Positions 30,675-41,420 of a DNA stretch of 64,000 bases are shown here, piece by piece (position 1 is the stretch's first letter; every line of letters starts with the position of its first letter). Below the pieces are notes generated by a model. It was not told where the DNA came from. It worked only from the letters and a program-made list of their open reading frames with translations, and did no database searches. The translations under genes and the position numbers were made by a program. This DNA is from Candidatus Latescibacterota bacterium. Its GTDB lineage: Bacteria > Latescibacterota > UBA2968 > GCA-2709665. Location: the NCBI GenBank assembly GCA_965208835.1, contig OZ242358.1, forward strand, positions 4,384,001 through 4,448,000, given 5' to 3'.

Positions 30675-33179
30675 ATGCTGAATATCAGATATCCGGAACG
30701 CCGTTCTGTTAACCGCCGAATCGGTTTGGGGCGGGCCTCCTGCCTCGTGATGGTGTGCGTTGTCCAGATGCTTTGTCCTCCGCCGGTATCGGCCCAGGAA
30801 AGCTTCTCAGTGTCTGCGGACGTAGATAACGCGGCACAAGATCAGGGTTTCACGGCCATGGAGGCATCCCCGGAAGCGGCGGTTTCCATCCAGGTCTTCG
30901 CAACCAACGTCGGGCAAGCACAGGGCCTTTCGATTCGCATCGTCTACGACGGCGGCCAGGTCGTATACGACGGCGCCGAACCCGGCGACCTGTTTCCCGA
31001 TGCCCGGTTGGCTGAGCAGACCGGAACAAGCCCGACCTCTGTCACCCTGGAGATCACTTCGCAGGACGGGCGGGTTTCCGCTGCGGCCGGTCTTGCGGCA
31101 ACGGTCGGGTTTCGCACGACGGATGCGTTTACGGGCACCACCATCCGCATCGTCGAAGCAACGGTGGACCGCGGCGCGCAGCAGGAGACTTTGATGCCCG
31201 ATGTAGAGATCGCGCTGCATCCGCCCTCGGCGGGTCCATCCGCTGATTTCGACGGCAACGGAATCGTGGGTTTTCCCGATTTCGTGCTGTTCGTGTCGCA
31301 CTTCGGATCGACAGAGGGCGAAGCCGGGTATGACGCGGGATTCGATCTGGATGCCGATGGATCCGTGGGGTTTGCCGACTTTCTCGTATTTGCAGGCCAA
31401 TTCGGCCGAAGCGTACCGGCGCCGTCGCCGGACCGCGACGCGCTGGTCGCGTTGTACGACGCGACAGGCGGGTATAACTGGGCCACACAGACCAACTGGC
31501 TGACGGATAACCCAGTTTCCACGTGGCATGGCGTCACGGTGGCAGATGGTCGCGTCACGGGGTTAAGCCTGCCTCAAAACAACCTGACAGGCGCGATTCC
31601 TTCCGAATTGGGAAACCTCGCCAACCTGACCGCTCTGAATCTTCACCAGAACCGGTTGACGGGGGGGATCCCGTCCGTTCTGAGCAACCTGGTTAACTTG
31701 ACGGTTCTGAATCTTAACCAGAATCAGTTGACGGGGGGGATTCCGTCCGAATTGGGCAATCTGGTTAACCTTACGGATCTGAACCTTAACCAGAACCAAC
31801 TGACAGGTGGGATCCCGTCCAATCTGGGCAATCTGGTTAAGCTGATGGTTCTGAATTTTCACCAGAACATGTTGACGGGCGGGATCCCGGCCGAATTGGG
31901 CAACCTGGTTAACCTGACCGATCTGGGTCTTCACCAGAACCTGTTGAACGGGGGCATTCCGTCCGAATTGGGCAATCTGATTAACCTGACGGATCTGAAT
32001 CTTCACCAGAACCTGTTGAACGGGGGGATTCCGTCCGAATTGGGCAATCTGGTTAACCTGACCGCTCTGAATCTTTACCGCAACCAGTTGACGGGGGGGA
32101 TCCCGTCTGAATTGGGCGATCTTGCCAACCTCAAAGATTTGAATCTTTTCAAGAACGAACTGACAGGCGTGATTCCGTCCGAATTGGGCAATCTGGTTAG
32201 CCTGACGGATCTGAGCCTTAATCGGAACCAGTTGAAAGGAGTGATTTCGTCCGAATTGGGCAATCTGGCCAACCTGACCGTTCTGAATCTTAACCAGAAC
32301 GAGTTAACGGGGAGGATTCCGACCGAATTGGGCGGTCTGGCCAACCTGACGATTCTGAATCTTAACCAGAATGAGTTAACGGGGAGGATTCCGACCGAAT
32401 TGGGCGGTCTGGTCAACCTGACAGGTCTGCATCTTCACGAGAACGGGCTGACAGGTGTGATTCCGTCCGAACTGGGCAATCTGGCCAACCTGACGGTTCT
32501 GAATCTTCACCAGAACCGGTTGACCGGGGCAGTTCCGTCCGAATTGTGCAATCTGGCCAACCTGACGATACTGAGTCTTCACCAGAACGAGTTAACCGGC
32601 GTGATTCCGTTCGACCTGGGCAATCTGGTTAATCTGAAGAATCTCAGTCTTCACCAGAACGAGTTAACCGGCGTGATTCCGTTCGAATTGGGCAATCTGG
32701 TAAACCTGACAAGTCTACATCTTCACCAGAACGAGTTGACAAGTCTGATCCCACCCAATCTGGGCAACCTCGTCAGCCTTACGGTTCTGAGTCTTCAGCA
32801 GAACCAGTTGACGGGGGGGATTCCGTCCGAATTGGGCAATCTGGCCAACCTGAAGGAACTGCGTCTTCACCAGAACCATTTGGGCGGCCCTATTCCCGCA
32901 GTACTGGGTAATCTAACCAACCTCGAAGTGTTGCAACTTCACGAGAATACGCTCATTGGAGCGGTCCCGACCGAATTGGGCAACCTGACCGGCCTGAAGT
33001 TACTGACGCTTCACTCCAATCAGATCAGCGGCGCACTTCCTCAGAGCCTGACCGCATTGGAAGTGCTGGAGGAGTTCGTCTTTCATGGCGACGGAGGTGT
33101 TTGCGCGCCGCGCAGTGCGTCTTTTCAGGCGTGGCTGCAGGCTATCCGATATTTCAATGGACCAACCTGCCTGCGATAG
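30675..33179 (+). CDS. Secreted cohesin-like + dockerin-like + plant-type LRR protein
   Basis: RBS AAAGGAG; beta-sandwich N-domain; DFDGNG module; DRDALVALY..W.GVT cap; ~21 LxxLxLxxNxLTGxIPxELG repeats. Confidence 0.9.
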   Translation: MLNIRYPERRSVNRRIGLGRASCLVMVCVVQMLCPPPVSAQESFSVSADVDNAAQDQGFTAMEASPEAAVSIQVFATNVGQAQGLSIRIVYDGGQVVYDGAEPGDLFPDARLAEQTGTSPTSVTLEITSQDGRVSAAAGLAATVGFRTTDAFTGTTIRIVEATVDRGAQQETLMPDVEIALHPPSAGPSADFDGNGIVGFPDFVLFVSHFGSTEGEAGYDAGFDLDADGSVGFADFLVFAGQFGRSVPAPSPDRDALVALYDATGGYNWATQTNWLTDNPVSTWHGVTVADGRVTGLSLPQNNLTGAIPSELGNLANLTALNLHQNRLTGGIPSVLSNLVNLTVLNLNQNQLTGGIPSELGNLVNLTDLNLNQNQLTGGIPSNLGNLVKLMVLNFHQNMLTGGIPAELGNLVNLTDLGLHQNLLNGGIPSELGNLINLTDLNLHQNLLNGGIPSELGNLVNLTALNLYRNQLTGGIPSELGDLANLKDLNLFKNELTGVIPSELGNLVSLTDLSLNRNQLKGVISSELGNLANLTVLNLNQNELTGRIPTELGGLANLTILNLNQNELTGRIPTELGGLVNLTGLHLHENGLTGVIPSELGNLANLTVLNLHQNRLTGAVPSELCNLANLTILSLHQNELTGVIPFDLGNLVNLKNLSLHQNELTGVIPFELGNLVNLTSLHLHQNELTSLIPPNLGNLVSLTVLSLQQNQLTGGIPSELGNLANLKELRLHQNHLGGPIPAVLGNLTNLEVLQLHENTLIGAVPTELGNLTGLKLLTLHSNQISGALPQSLTALEVLEEFVFHGDGGVCAPRSASFQAWLQAIRYFNGPTCLR

Positions 33180-33204
33180 CTAATGCGCCCCCGTTTGATA
33201 GGCC

Positions 33205-33316
33205 AATCACGCCCCCATTGTGGTGGAGTCGCAGAAGCCGAGCCGGTCACTGAACAATTGCACCGAGCCTGTCGAAAGGGTGTCGAAGAGGCCGGCGACG
33301 GCCCATGCGGTGGGGG
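33205..33316. repeat. Degenerate copy of the composite palindromic element at 62401
   Basis: Shares GGAGTCGCAGAAGCCGAGCC...GGCCGGCGACGGC..ATGCGGTGGGGG with 62401-62519. Confidence 0.7.
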
Positions 33317-33494
33317 ATTCGAACAACATACCGTATGCAAGCAGCATGACGATTCCTCTACGCATTCTGTGTTGAACCCGGACTGCGCTGCGCGGCCAAC
33401 CAATTCAATTATGCCACGAAATCCCCAACGTCTTGACCGTGTTCGCGAAGCGGGCGTACGATCACGACGCAACAACGAATGAAAGGAGACTGAA

Positions 33495-34529
33495 ATGATC
33501 GTCAGAAATAGGTTCGTCCGTGGAACGTTGATTTTGGTGGCACTTGCGTTCACAGGCATTGCCTTTGTTTATGCCCAGACTGCGGCGGATGCTGATTTTG
33601 ACGGAGATGGGACGATTGGATTCAGCGATTTTCTGGCGTTTGCGGGCAAATTTGGGACCGCTCACGGCGATGGTAGGTACGAGGCGAAGTACGATCTGAA
33701 TGGCGACGGACAGGTGGGTTTCTCGGATTTTCTCGCCTTCGCGGGATTTTTCGGCCGGACAGTACCGCCCACGCAGGTGCCCGTAAGCGAGGGCTTCGAC
33801 CTGTACGGAGACAACAACAGTCCATTTGGGATTACGTATGCAAACGAGAGGCTGTACGTCGTATCAATCAGCTTGAATGACGATGGTCCGGTTGCCGGGA
33901 CTCAGAAGGTGTATGCGTACAGTCTTTCCGGTCAACGCGACGTAGCGTCTGAATTTGAACTTAACACAGACATATTCCCGTACGGGATCGCCTACGCCGA
34001 TGGCCGGTTTTACGTCACGGCGACGGCCATTGACGGAACCGCAGGCTTGGAGAAGGTATACGCATTCCGTCCCGACGGCCAACGCGATGCGTCATACGAC
34101 CTAAATATTCCCGGTGACGATGATTTCCCGTTAGGGATCACGTACGCCAATGACAGGTTCTACGTGGTCGTGAATCCAGACGACACCGACATGACGCGGG
34201 TATTGGCATACAGCCGATCGGGTCCGCGTGACGGGTCTTCCGACTTCAACCTGTTCGATGAGACTGTGGAAAATGCGCTGCCAAATGGGATCGCCTACGC
34301 TGGTGACCGGTTCTACGTAGTCACCGTCAGTCTGGAAGTGGATGGTCCCGCAGGCGGCGCGCAGACGGTATTTGCCTACTCGCGTACAGGAATGCGTGAT
34401 GCGGCTTCCGACTTCGAACTGGATGCCGATAATTCGAATCCCTTCGGGATCGCGTATGTCAATAACCGGTTCTACGTGGTCGATACCATGGACAACAGGA
34501 TTTACGTGTATCGGGTATACAGGGAATGA
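33495..34529 (+). CDS. Secreted dockerin-like + beta-propeller-like repeat protein
   Basis: RBS AAGGAG; DFDGDG module; 5 x P.GI(T/A)YA.xRFYV..V(Y/F)AY..G.RD repeats. Confidence 0.85.
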   Translation: MIVRNRFVRGTLILVALAFTGIAFVYAQTAADADFDGDGTIGFSDFLAFAGKFGTAHGDGRYEAKYDLNGDGQVGFSDFLAFAGFFGRTVPPTQVPVSEGFDLYGDNNSPFGITYANERLYVVSISLNDDGPVAGTQKVYAYSLSGQRDVASEFELNTDIFPYGIAYADGRFYVTATAIDGTAGLEKVYAFRPDGQRDASYDLNIPGDDDFPLGITYANDRFYVVVNPDDTDMTRVLAYSRSGPRDGSSDFNLFDETVENALPNGIAYAGDRFYVVTVSLEVDGPAGGAQTVFAYSRTGMRDAASDFELDADNSNPFGIAYVNNRFYVVDTMDNRIYVYRVYRE

Positions 34530-34667
34530 GCATGAAGCAGAGATTCGTCTCTGAGGCGAACTTCCCAAGAGAATGCCGTCTGGATCCTTGACCTAAAAGC
34601 GATCAATGATCAAGAATCCACCACGACCCGCTATACAACCCGTGGAAATCAAAAAAGGGAGGAAGCT

Positions 34668-37565
34668 ATGTTGACCTTTCGACGTCTCGCCTTAATTCTC
34701 GCGCCCCGAAAATTCCGATTACGGCAGGCCCCGTGTCTTGCAATCGTATGCATCGTTCTGAGTTTGTATCCCGTTCGAGTGGCATCCCAGGACGGTTTTT
34801 CTCTCTCTCCGGACGTGGATGGGGCAGCCGGGGACCAGGGTGTGACGACAGCGGAGGTCTCGCCGGAAGCAACCGTCTCCATCCAGATTTTCGGCAGCAA
34901 CCTGAGCCAGTCCCAGGGCGTTTCCGTTCGATTCGCGTACGACAGCGGCCAGGTCGTTTACGACGGCGCGGACGCGGGCGACGTGTATCCCAACGCTCAG
35001 ATCCTTGTGGAAACTGGCGTCAATCCGACGTCGGTCACCCTGGGCATCGCATCGCTGGGCAGCCGTGCCGAAACATCGGCGGGCCTCGTCGGTACGGCCC
35101 GCTTTCGCACCTCGGCTGCATTTACCGGTACGACTGTTCGGATCCTGAAAGCCGTACTGGGGGGTGGCGGCCAACAGGACACCCTGAAGATGAACGTCGG
35201 TATCGAGTTGAATCCTGCATCCGCGGGGCCATCTACCGACTTCGACGCCGATGGTATGGTTGGTTTTTCTGACTTTCTGCAGTTCGCGTCGCAATACGGG
35301 ACGTCGGTGGGCGACGGGCGCTATGACGCCCGGTTCGACCTGGATTCCGACGGTTCGGTGGGCTTCGCCGATTTTCTCGTGCTTGCGGGTCAGTTCGGAC
35401 AAGAGGTAGCGCAACCGCCACCCGAGGAATCAGACCGTGACGCGCTGGTCGCGCTGTACAACGCCACGGACGGGTACAACTGGACCACGCAGACCAACTG
35501 GCTGACGAACAGCCCGATCGACACATGGTACGGGGTTACGGTGAAGGACGGTCGGGTCACCGGTCTCGTCTTGACGGAGAACAATCTGACGGGCGAGGTA
35601 CCGGTCATGCTGGGAGACCTCGCCTCCTTGGACAGCCTGATACTCCGGAAAAACGAGTTGAGTGGTGATATACCTCCGAAGCTGGCCGATCTATTAAACC
35701 TTACGAAACTTGACCTATCGATCAACCAAATGAGCGGTAACATTCCGCCAGAATTGGGCAACCTTGTCAACCTTGTTAATTTGCAACTTGACCGAAATCA
35801 ACTCACTGGGACGATTCCGCTCCAATTGAGCAATCTTCGGAACCTAAGAGTACTTTGGCTGTGGCAGAATCCCATACACGGTCGCATTCCTACAGAGCTG
35901 GGGAAGTTGGAAAACCTGGAACTTCTTGGTCTCGCGTTCACTGAGTTGAGCGGACCCATTCCGGCGGAATTGGGAAACCTGCGCAACCTGGAGGTTCTGC
36001 TATTGGCCATAAACAGGCTGAGTGGTTCGATACCGTCGGAACTAGGAAACCTGATCAAACTGAGGTCACTGCAACTCCACAACAATCAACTTAGTGGGTC
36101 AATCCCTGAACAGTTGGGTAATCTTGGAAACCTTCAGAGGCTGTTTCTGGCCCAAAATCAGTTAACCGGCTCGATTCCAGAAGAGTTGGGTAACCTTGCC
36201 GAACTGACCGGGCTATCGCTTAACTTTAACCAGCTGAGTGGTGCAATTCCGGTCACATTGGGTAAACTCGAACGGTTGGAATTTCTCTGGATGAACAATA
36301 ATCGGTTGAGCGGCTCGATTCCTGAAGAATTCGGGAACCTTTCAATGTTGGTGTCCCTGGGATTGGGAAACAACGAATCCCTGATGGGTGTGCTTCCTCA
36401 GAGCCTTACGGGATTGACTGAATTGGAGAGCTTCTCCTTTGACGGGACGTCGTTATGCGCGCCGATAAACGAAGCCTTCCAACTTTGGCTAGCGGGAATC
36501 GAATCCAGAAGTGGAGCGAACTGCGCACCGGAATCCCAGCGCGAAGCGCTCGTTTCGTTCTACAATTCAACCGACGGAGACAACTGGACGAACAACACCA
36601 ACTGGCTGAGCGACGCCGATATTTCCACCTGGCACGGCGTTGGTGTTTCGAACGGTCTGGTTACGCATCTGGACCTGAGAAACAACAATCTGAAGGGTGA
36701 ACTTCCAGTTGAACTGGGCAATTTGACCAGTCTGGAGAGCCTGCACCTTCCTGAAAACTCATTGACGGGACGGATTCCCGTCGAATTGGGGAGCCTGACG
36801 AATCTTACTCGCTTCTGGCTGTACGATAACCAGTTAATTGGTGCGATTCCATTAGAATTGGGGAATCTGTCCAATTTGGTCACTCTGGACCTTAGGGTCA
36901 ATCAACTGAGCGGAACGATCCCGGACGAACTGGGCCATCTTTCGAAACTCGATTACCTGGGACTTGCCGAGAATCAACTGAGCGGTCAGGTACCGGTGGT
37001 GTTGGGTCAGCTGACTCACCTTATGGAGTTGCATCTTACCAATAATGAGTTGTCCGGCAGCATTCCCGCCGCGCTGGGCAATCTCTCCAACCTCAGATAT
37101 CTGGGTCTTGCCCACAATCAGTTGAGGGGCGGGATTCCCAGGGAATTAGGCGGCTTGGACAACCTGCAGGTGCTGTATACAAGCAAGAATGAATTGAGTG
37201 GTTCGATCCCAACAGAATTGGGCAATCTGTCAAATCTCAGAGAGCTGCTGTTGTGGGACGATGGATTGACCGGTACGATTCCCGCGGAATTGGGGAACCT
37301 GGACAACATTGAAGTGCTGCATCTTCCCGACAATTTGTTGAGTGGTCCAGTCCCAACAGAATTGGGCAATCTCTCCAACCTGACGGAACTGAAGGTCGGC
37401 GGCAATCAATTAAGTGGCGCTTTGCCGCAGAGCCTGACCGGGCTGGCAAATCTGAGGATCTTCGAATTTGGTGGCGACGGCAGCCTATGTGCGCCGCGCA
37501 GTGACGCCTTTCAGGCGTGGCTTCAGGGTATAAGAGAGACCAGCGGTCCGAATTGCCCGCAATAG
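34668..37565 (+). CDS. Secreted cohesin-like + dockerin-like + two plant-type LRR blocks
   Basis: Paralog of 30675; two DALV..Y...W..NTNWL caps, each followed by 24-aa LRRs and a LCAP..FQ.WL cap. Confidence 0.9.
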   Translation: MLTFRRLALILAPRKFRLRQAPCLAIVCIVLSLYPVRVASQDGFSLSPDVDGAAGDQGVTTAEVSPEATVSIQIFGSNLSQSQGVSVRFAYDSGQVVYDGADAGDVYPNAQILVETGVNPTSVTLGIASLGSRAETSAGLVGTARFRTSAAFTGTTVRILKAVLGGGGQQDTLKMNVGIELNPASAGPSTDFDADGMVGFSDFLQFASQYGTSVGDGRYDARFDLDSDGSVGFADFLVLAGQFGQEVAQPPPEESDRDALVALYNATDGYNWTTQTNWLTNSPIDTWYGVTVKDGRVTGLVLTENNLTGEVPVMLGDLASLDSLILRKNELSGDIPPKLADLLNLTKLDLSINQMSGNIPPELGNLVNLVNLQLDRNQLTGTIPLQLSNLRNLRVLWLWQNPIHGRIPTELGKLENLELLGLAFTELSGPIPAELGNLRNLEVLLLAINRLSGSIPSELGNLIKLRSLQLHNNQLSGSIPEQLGNLGNLQRLFLAQNQLTGSIPEELGNLAELTGLSLNFNQLSGAIPVTLGKLERLEFLWMNNNRLSGSIPEEFGNLSMLVSLGLGNNESLMGVLPQSLTGLTELESFSFDGTSLCAPINEAFQLWLAGIESRSGANCAPESQREALVSFYNSTDGDNWTNNTNWLSDADISTWHGVGVSNGLVTHLDLRNNNLKGELPVELGNLTSLESLHLPENSLTGRIPVELGSLTNLTRFWLYDNQLIGAIPLELGNLSNLVTLDLRVNQLSGTIPDELGHLSKLDYLGLAENQLSGQVPVVLGQLTHLMELHLTNNELSGSIPAALGNLSNLRYLGLAHNQLRGGIPRELGGLDNLQVLYTSKNELSGSIPTELGNLSNLRELLLWDDGLTGTIPAELGNLDNIEVLHLPDNLLSGPVPTELGNLSNLTELKVGGNQLSGALPQSLTGLANLRIFEFGGDGSLCAPRSDAFQAWLQGIRETSGPNCPQ

Positions 37566-37775
37566 TCGTCACGGCGGGCGCCAAGATAGTCATTCTGAGG
37601 AAGCCGTCGTGAAGGTGGGGCAGACATTCCTGTCTGCATGCCTCGTCCCCTTTCTATTGAAAAGAAACCTCAAGCGGTAACATGGACAATCCTCCATCTA
37701 TTCTTATCGACGCAGCGCCAGGATCCTCTAGCGACTCACCGCCAACCGATTCCACCTTGTCGAAGAGAGGATGAT

Positions 37776-38035
37776 ATGCTGAAACGGCTTGTTGTATCCG
37801 TGGTCGTGATTATCGTGTTTGCCACCATCGCATTTGCGTAGTTGCCACCGGAGATCATGGTCGACAAATATCTCATTCACGCGGAGCAGCTTCGCGCCGC
37901 GAAGGACTTGCGGCCGGCTTCGACGTGATGCAGAAGATCATCGCGCTGCAGGAGGAGCACAGCCTCGCCGTACCCGACGACTTTCACTTCAAGTACGCGC
38001 GCGTGCCCTGTCGGCGGATTCGGTCTGGATAGCGA
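37776..38035 (+). pseudogene. LPPEI-header family remnant (stop, frameshifts, cut by IS630)
   Basis: MLKRLVV..AFA-TAG(37839)-LPPEIMVDKYLIHAEQL..PDDFHFKYARV; ends at the IS boundary. Confidence 0.85.
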
Positions 38036-39199
38036 CTACTACTTAATTGATTAAATTAGAGTATTTATTATCAACGAATTTCGGTGTGACTTTCGTAGCC
38101 TTCCACTGGAAGGGGTGTGCGTTTTCGTTATAGGCGTCGATGAAGTGGTCGATAGCGGATCGGAGGTCGCGTATCGAGGCAAAGGACCCGCCTTTGAGTG
38201 CGCTTCTCCACAGGATGCTGAACCAGATTTCGATCTGGTTGAGCCAGGATGCGTGTGGGAGGGTGTAGTAGAAGTGGACATTGGGATGCTGCGGCAGCCA
38301 TCGGTCGTTCTTAGGCTTGTGCGTGTTCAGGTTGTCCAGGATGATGTGGAGTTCCTGATCGGGGTATTCGGCGACAAGTTCGTTCATAAAGCTCAAAAAC
38401 TGGCGTCGTTTGCGCCTTTTGTAATGCCCGGCCTTGACCCAACCCGTGGCGACGTTTAGTGCAGCTAATAACGTGGTGGTGCCGTTTCGCTTGTATTCGT
38501 GGCTAAAGCCGGTGAGGGCTTTGCCGTTGGGCAGCTTGAGCCATCCCTGCACCCGTTGCAATGCCTGGATCGCGGGCTTTTCGTCGACGCATAGGACAAT
38601 CGCGTTTTCGGGAGGTTCCAGATACAGCCCCACGATGGATGCGGCCTTGGTGGCAAATTCGGGATCTGTGCTGATACACCAGCTGCGTCTTCTGGCAAGT
38701 GAGATGCCGTGGTTGCGCAACACCTGCCAGACATAGTGGACAGAAATCCCCAGCTTTTCGGCCAACAAAGGGCCGGTCCAAGTCCCATAGCCCTTGGGCG
38801 GGGCTTCGTCCAATGCCCGCAAGATGCGCTTTTCGGTCAACGCATCGTACACCGCAGGCTTGCCCGATCTCGCCTTGTCCTGCAATCCGGCCAAGCCCGA
38901 CTCGCGAAAGCGCCGGCGCCACTTGCACACCGTCGCCTCGCGCGTTCCCAGGTGTCTGGCTATGTCCCGATTTGCTGTGCCCTGCGATGCTGACAGCACA
39001 ATCCTGGCGCGCAGCACATAGCGGTGTTGCGTCTTGCCGGAACGGGTCCAACTCAACAACGTCTCTTTTTCCTCGTCACTCAACGTGATCAACACTGCGG
39101 GGCGGCTCATAGGCGGTCTCCTCTCCACAATTGAATTGAGATCGATTCCCTATGAGCACAAAATATATTAATTCGCTTTTTTTGTCAAGTAGACACTAG
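38036..39199 (-). mobile_element. IS630-family insertion sequence
   Basis: Transposase ORF; ends at CTAG (39196-99) and a CTAC/TA site near 38036; boundaries approximate. Confidence 0.85.
38043..39128 (-). CDS. IS630 transposase
   Basis: RARIVL, KWRRRF, LCVDEK, YKRNGT, ILDNLNTHK, SWLNQIEIWF; likely start ATG 39110. Confidence 0.93.
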   Translation of the reverse strand: MERRPPMSRPAVLITLSDEEKETLLSWTRSGKTQHRYVLRARIVLSASQGTANRDIARHLGTREATVCKWRRRFRESGLAGLQDKARSGKPAVYDALTEKRILRALDEAPPKGYGTWTGPLLAEKLGISVHYVWQVLRNHGISLARRRSWCISTDPEFATKAASIVGLYLEPPENAIVLCVDEKPAIQALQRVQGWLKLPNGKALTGFSHEYKRNGTTTLLAALNVATGWVKAGHYKRRKRRQFLSFMNELVAEYPDQELHIILDNLNTHKPKNDRWLPQHPNVHFYYTLPHASWLNQIEIWFSILWRSALKGGSFASIRDLRSAIDHFIDAYNENAHPFQWKATKVTPKFVDNKYSNLIN

Positions 39200-39635
39200 T
39201 CTGATTCCATTCAATCTGGGTAATCTGGCTAATCTGAAGGTTCTGAATCTTCAGCAGAACCAGTTGACGGGGGGGATTCCGTCCGTATTGGGCAATCTGG
39301 TCAACCTGAAAGATCTGAGTCTTCACCAGAACCATTTGAGCGGCGCCATTCCCGCAGCACTGGGTAATCTAGCTGACCTGGAAGTGTTGCAACTTCACGA
39401 GAATGGGCTCGTTGGAACTGTCCCGACCGAATTGGGCAACCTGACCGGTCTGAAGTTACTGACGCTTTTCGCCAATCAGATCACAGGTGCACTGCCTGAG
39501 AGCATGACCGCATTGGCCATGCTGGAGGAATTCTTCTTTCGGGGCGACGGAGGTCTTTGTGCGCCGCGCAGTGCGTCTTTTCAGGCGTGGCTGCAGGCTA
39601 TCCGATATTTCAATGGACCAACCTGCCTGCGATAG
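39200..39635 (+). pseudogene. 3' fragment of a plant-type LRR gene paralogous to 30675
   Basis: Ends with the identical CAPRSASFQAWLQAIRYFNGPTCLR; begins at the IS end in a TSLIP repeat. Confidence 0.88.
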
Positions 39636-39844
39636 GCGCCGCGCGATCGTTCAGGATACCCTCGTCGCCACCCACAACGTTTGACAACACCTCACAATCA
39701 TCAATGATGGGCTGGATACCCAATCCATCAAACGTCCACAATACCGGGGTAACTCAATCAGCGTCAGAGGAAGGAAGACTTGGAAAGGATGGGTTTTCAC
39801 GTGTACATATTCCTGTTGTCTTCGGAGGTACCGATGCCCATTCT

Positions 39845-39913
39845 GAACTTGATGGCAACGGGACGGAGGAGTTCGCGGATCTCTTCAGATTCATCGATGC
39901 GTTTGGATCGTAG
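39845..39913 (+). pseudogene. Orphan half dockerin-like remnant
   Basis: ELDGNGTEEFADLFRFIDAFGS* resembles the second Ca-loop of the shared module. Confidence 0.5.
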
Positions 39914-40004
39914 AAGCAAATCACCGCCGCATTGCTCGTTCGCAACGCCGCGCCACAGTCGATAGACACAGAAATCGATCTCTACCTGAAGGGAGGATTC
40001 TCTG

Positions 40005-41183
40005 ATGAAGTGGAAACGATCGTCGAATCTCGCGCTGTTATTGGTCGCAGTTCTGTCAGCGCAGGAAAGCTACGCCCAGACACCACTGAAAGGGCATACG
40101 GATTGGGTCAATTCCGTGGCGTTTTCACCCGATGGGAATCTGCTCGCTTCCGGTTCGGACGATGAAACGGTCAAGTTGTGGGACGTGGTGAAAGGAGAAT
40201 TGGTTGCTACACTGGAGGGACACAGCGGCTCGGTCAATTCCGTGGCGTTTTCGCCGGATGGAAAACTGGTCGCTTCCGGATCGGACGATAGAACGGTCAA
40301 GTTGTGGGACGCGGCGACGCACAAAAACATAACCACCTTTGAAGAAACCGCTTGGACGGAAGCAGTGGCGTTCTCGCCCGATGGACAGTTGCTGGCCTCC
40401 GGTTCGTGGGATGACGCGGTTACGCTGTGGGACGTGGCGACACACACAAGCGTCGCAACCCTTGAGGAATCGGACGCGGTCTTTTCATTGGCGTTTTCTC
40501 GGGATCTGCTGCTCGCTACCGGATTGGACGAAGGTCCGGTCAGGCTATGGGACGTGGCCAGGAGAGAACCCGTCGCTACCCTGGAACAGCATACGGACGA
40601 CGTTAATTCTGTGGCGTTTTCACCCGATGGGAAACTGCTGGCTTCCGGTTCGGATGATGGAGTGGTCAAACTATGGGACGTGGCTGAAAGAAAGATCAGT
40701 GCGTCTCTTGAACAGGTCGAAGGTCACAGTTTGGACGTTGTCCACTCAGTGTCCTTTTCACCGGATGGGACGCTGCTGGCTGCGGGTGGTTCCTGGGACG
40801 GTGCGGTGAGGCTGTGGGACGTAGCGACACGGAGAATTGCTGCAACCCTTGAAGGAAATTCAGATGTCGTCTTTGCAGTGGCGTTCTCGCCGGATCCCAA
40901 GGTGCTGGCTTCCGGTACTGCAGACGGCACATTGCAGATATGGGACATCTCTTCCAATTCCACGTCTCGGCCTCCGACTCCACCTCAAGATCCGACTGCC
41001 GACTTCGACGGCGACGGGACGGTCGGATTCGGTGACTTTCTGCTGTTTGCCGCCGCATTCGGTCGAAGTCAAAGCGATGCCGGATACGATGTGCGGTTCG
41101 ATCTGGACGGGAACGGCGCGATCGGGTTTGGCGATTTTCTGATTTTTGCGGGCGCGTACGGGAACAAAACATCTTCTAATTGA
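40005..41183 (+). CDS. Secreted WD40 7-bladed propeller + C-terminal dockerin-like module
   Basis: GH..VNSVAFSPDG.LLASGS.D..VKLWD repeats; Pro-rich linker; DFDGDG module; RBS GGAGG. Confidence 0.93.
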   Translation: MKWKRSSNLALLLVAVLSAQESYAQTPLKGHTDWVNSVAFSPDGNLLASGSDDETVKLWDVVKGELVATLEGHSGSVNSVAFSPDGKLVASGSDDRTVKLWDAATHKNITTFEETAWTEAVAFSPDGQLLASGSWDDAVTLWDVATHTSVATLEESDAVFSLAFSRDLLLATGLDEGPVRLWDVARREPVATLEQHTDDVNSVAFSPDGKLLASGSDDGVVKLWDVAERKISASLEQVEGHSLDVVHSVSFSPDGTLLAAGGSWDGAVRLWDVATRRIAATLEGNSDVVFAVAFSPDPKVLASGTADGTLQIWDISSNSTSRPPTPPQDPTADFDGDGTVGFGDFLLFAAAFGRSQSDAGYDVRFDLDGNGAIGFGDFLIFAGAYGNKTSSN

Positions 41184-41420
41184 CGATGTGCCGGATTTGG
41201 AATGAACCGCTTTGAACGGCAATCTCTTACTGCCGCTGGCCATGCTTCGGACGCGCCGGCGTGGGCGGCGCACTCTGCACGCTGCTGCAATGCCTGGGCT
41301 CGACGTCGAACCAGCCTCGATTCATGAATCAAGGGCAACGTCTCGGCAGCCAATCGGAACCGCCAACAGTATCAGGAAATCAGCCAGAAAGGCCGCTAGC
41401 TGAATCGATCAGGAGGACAA

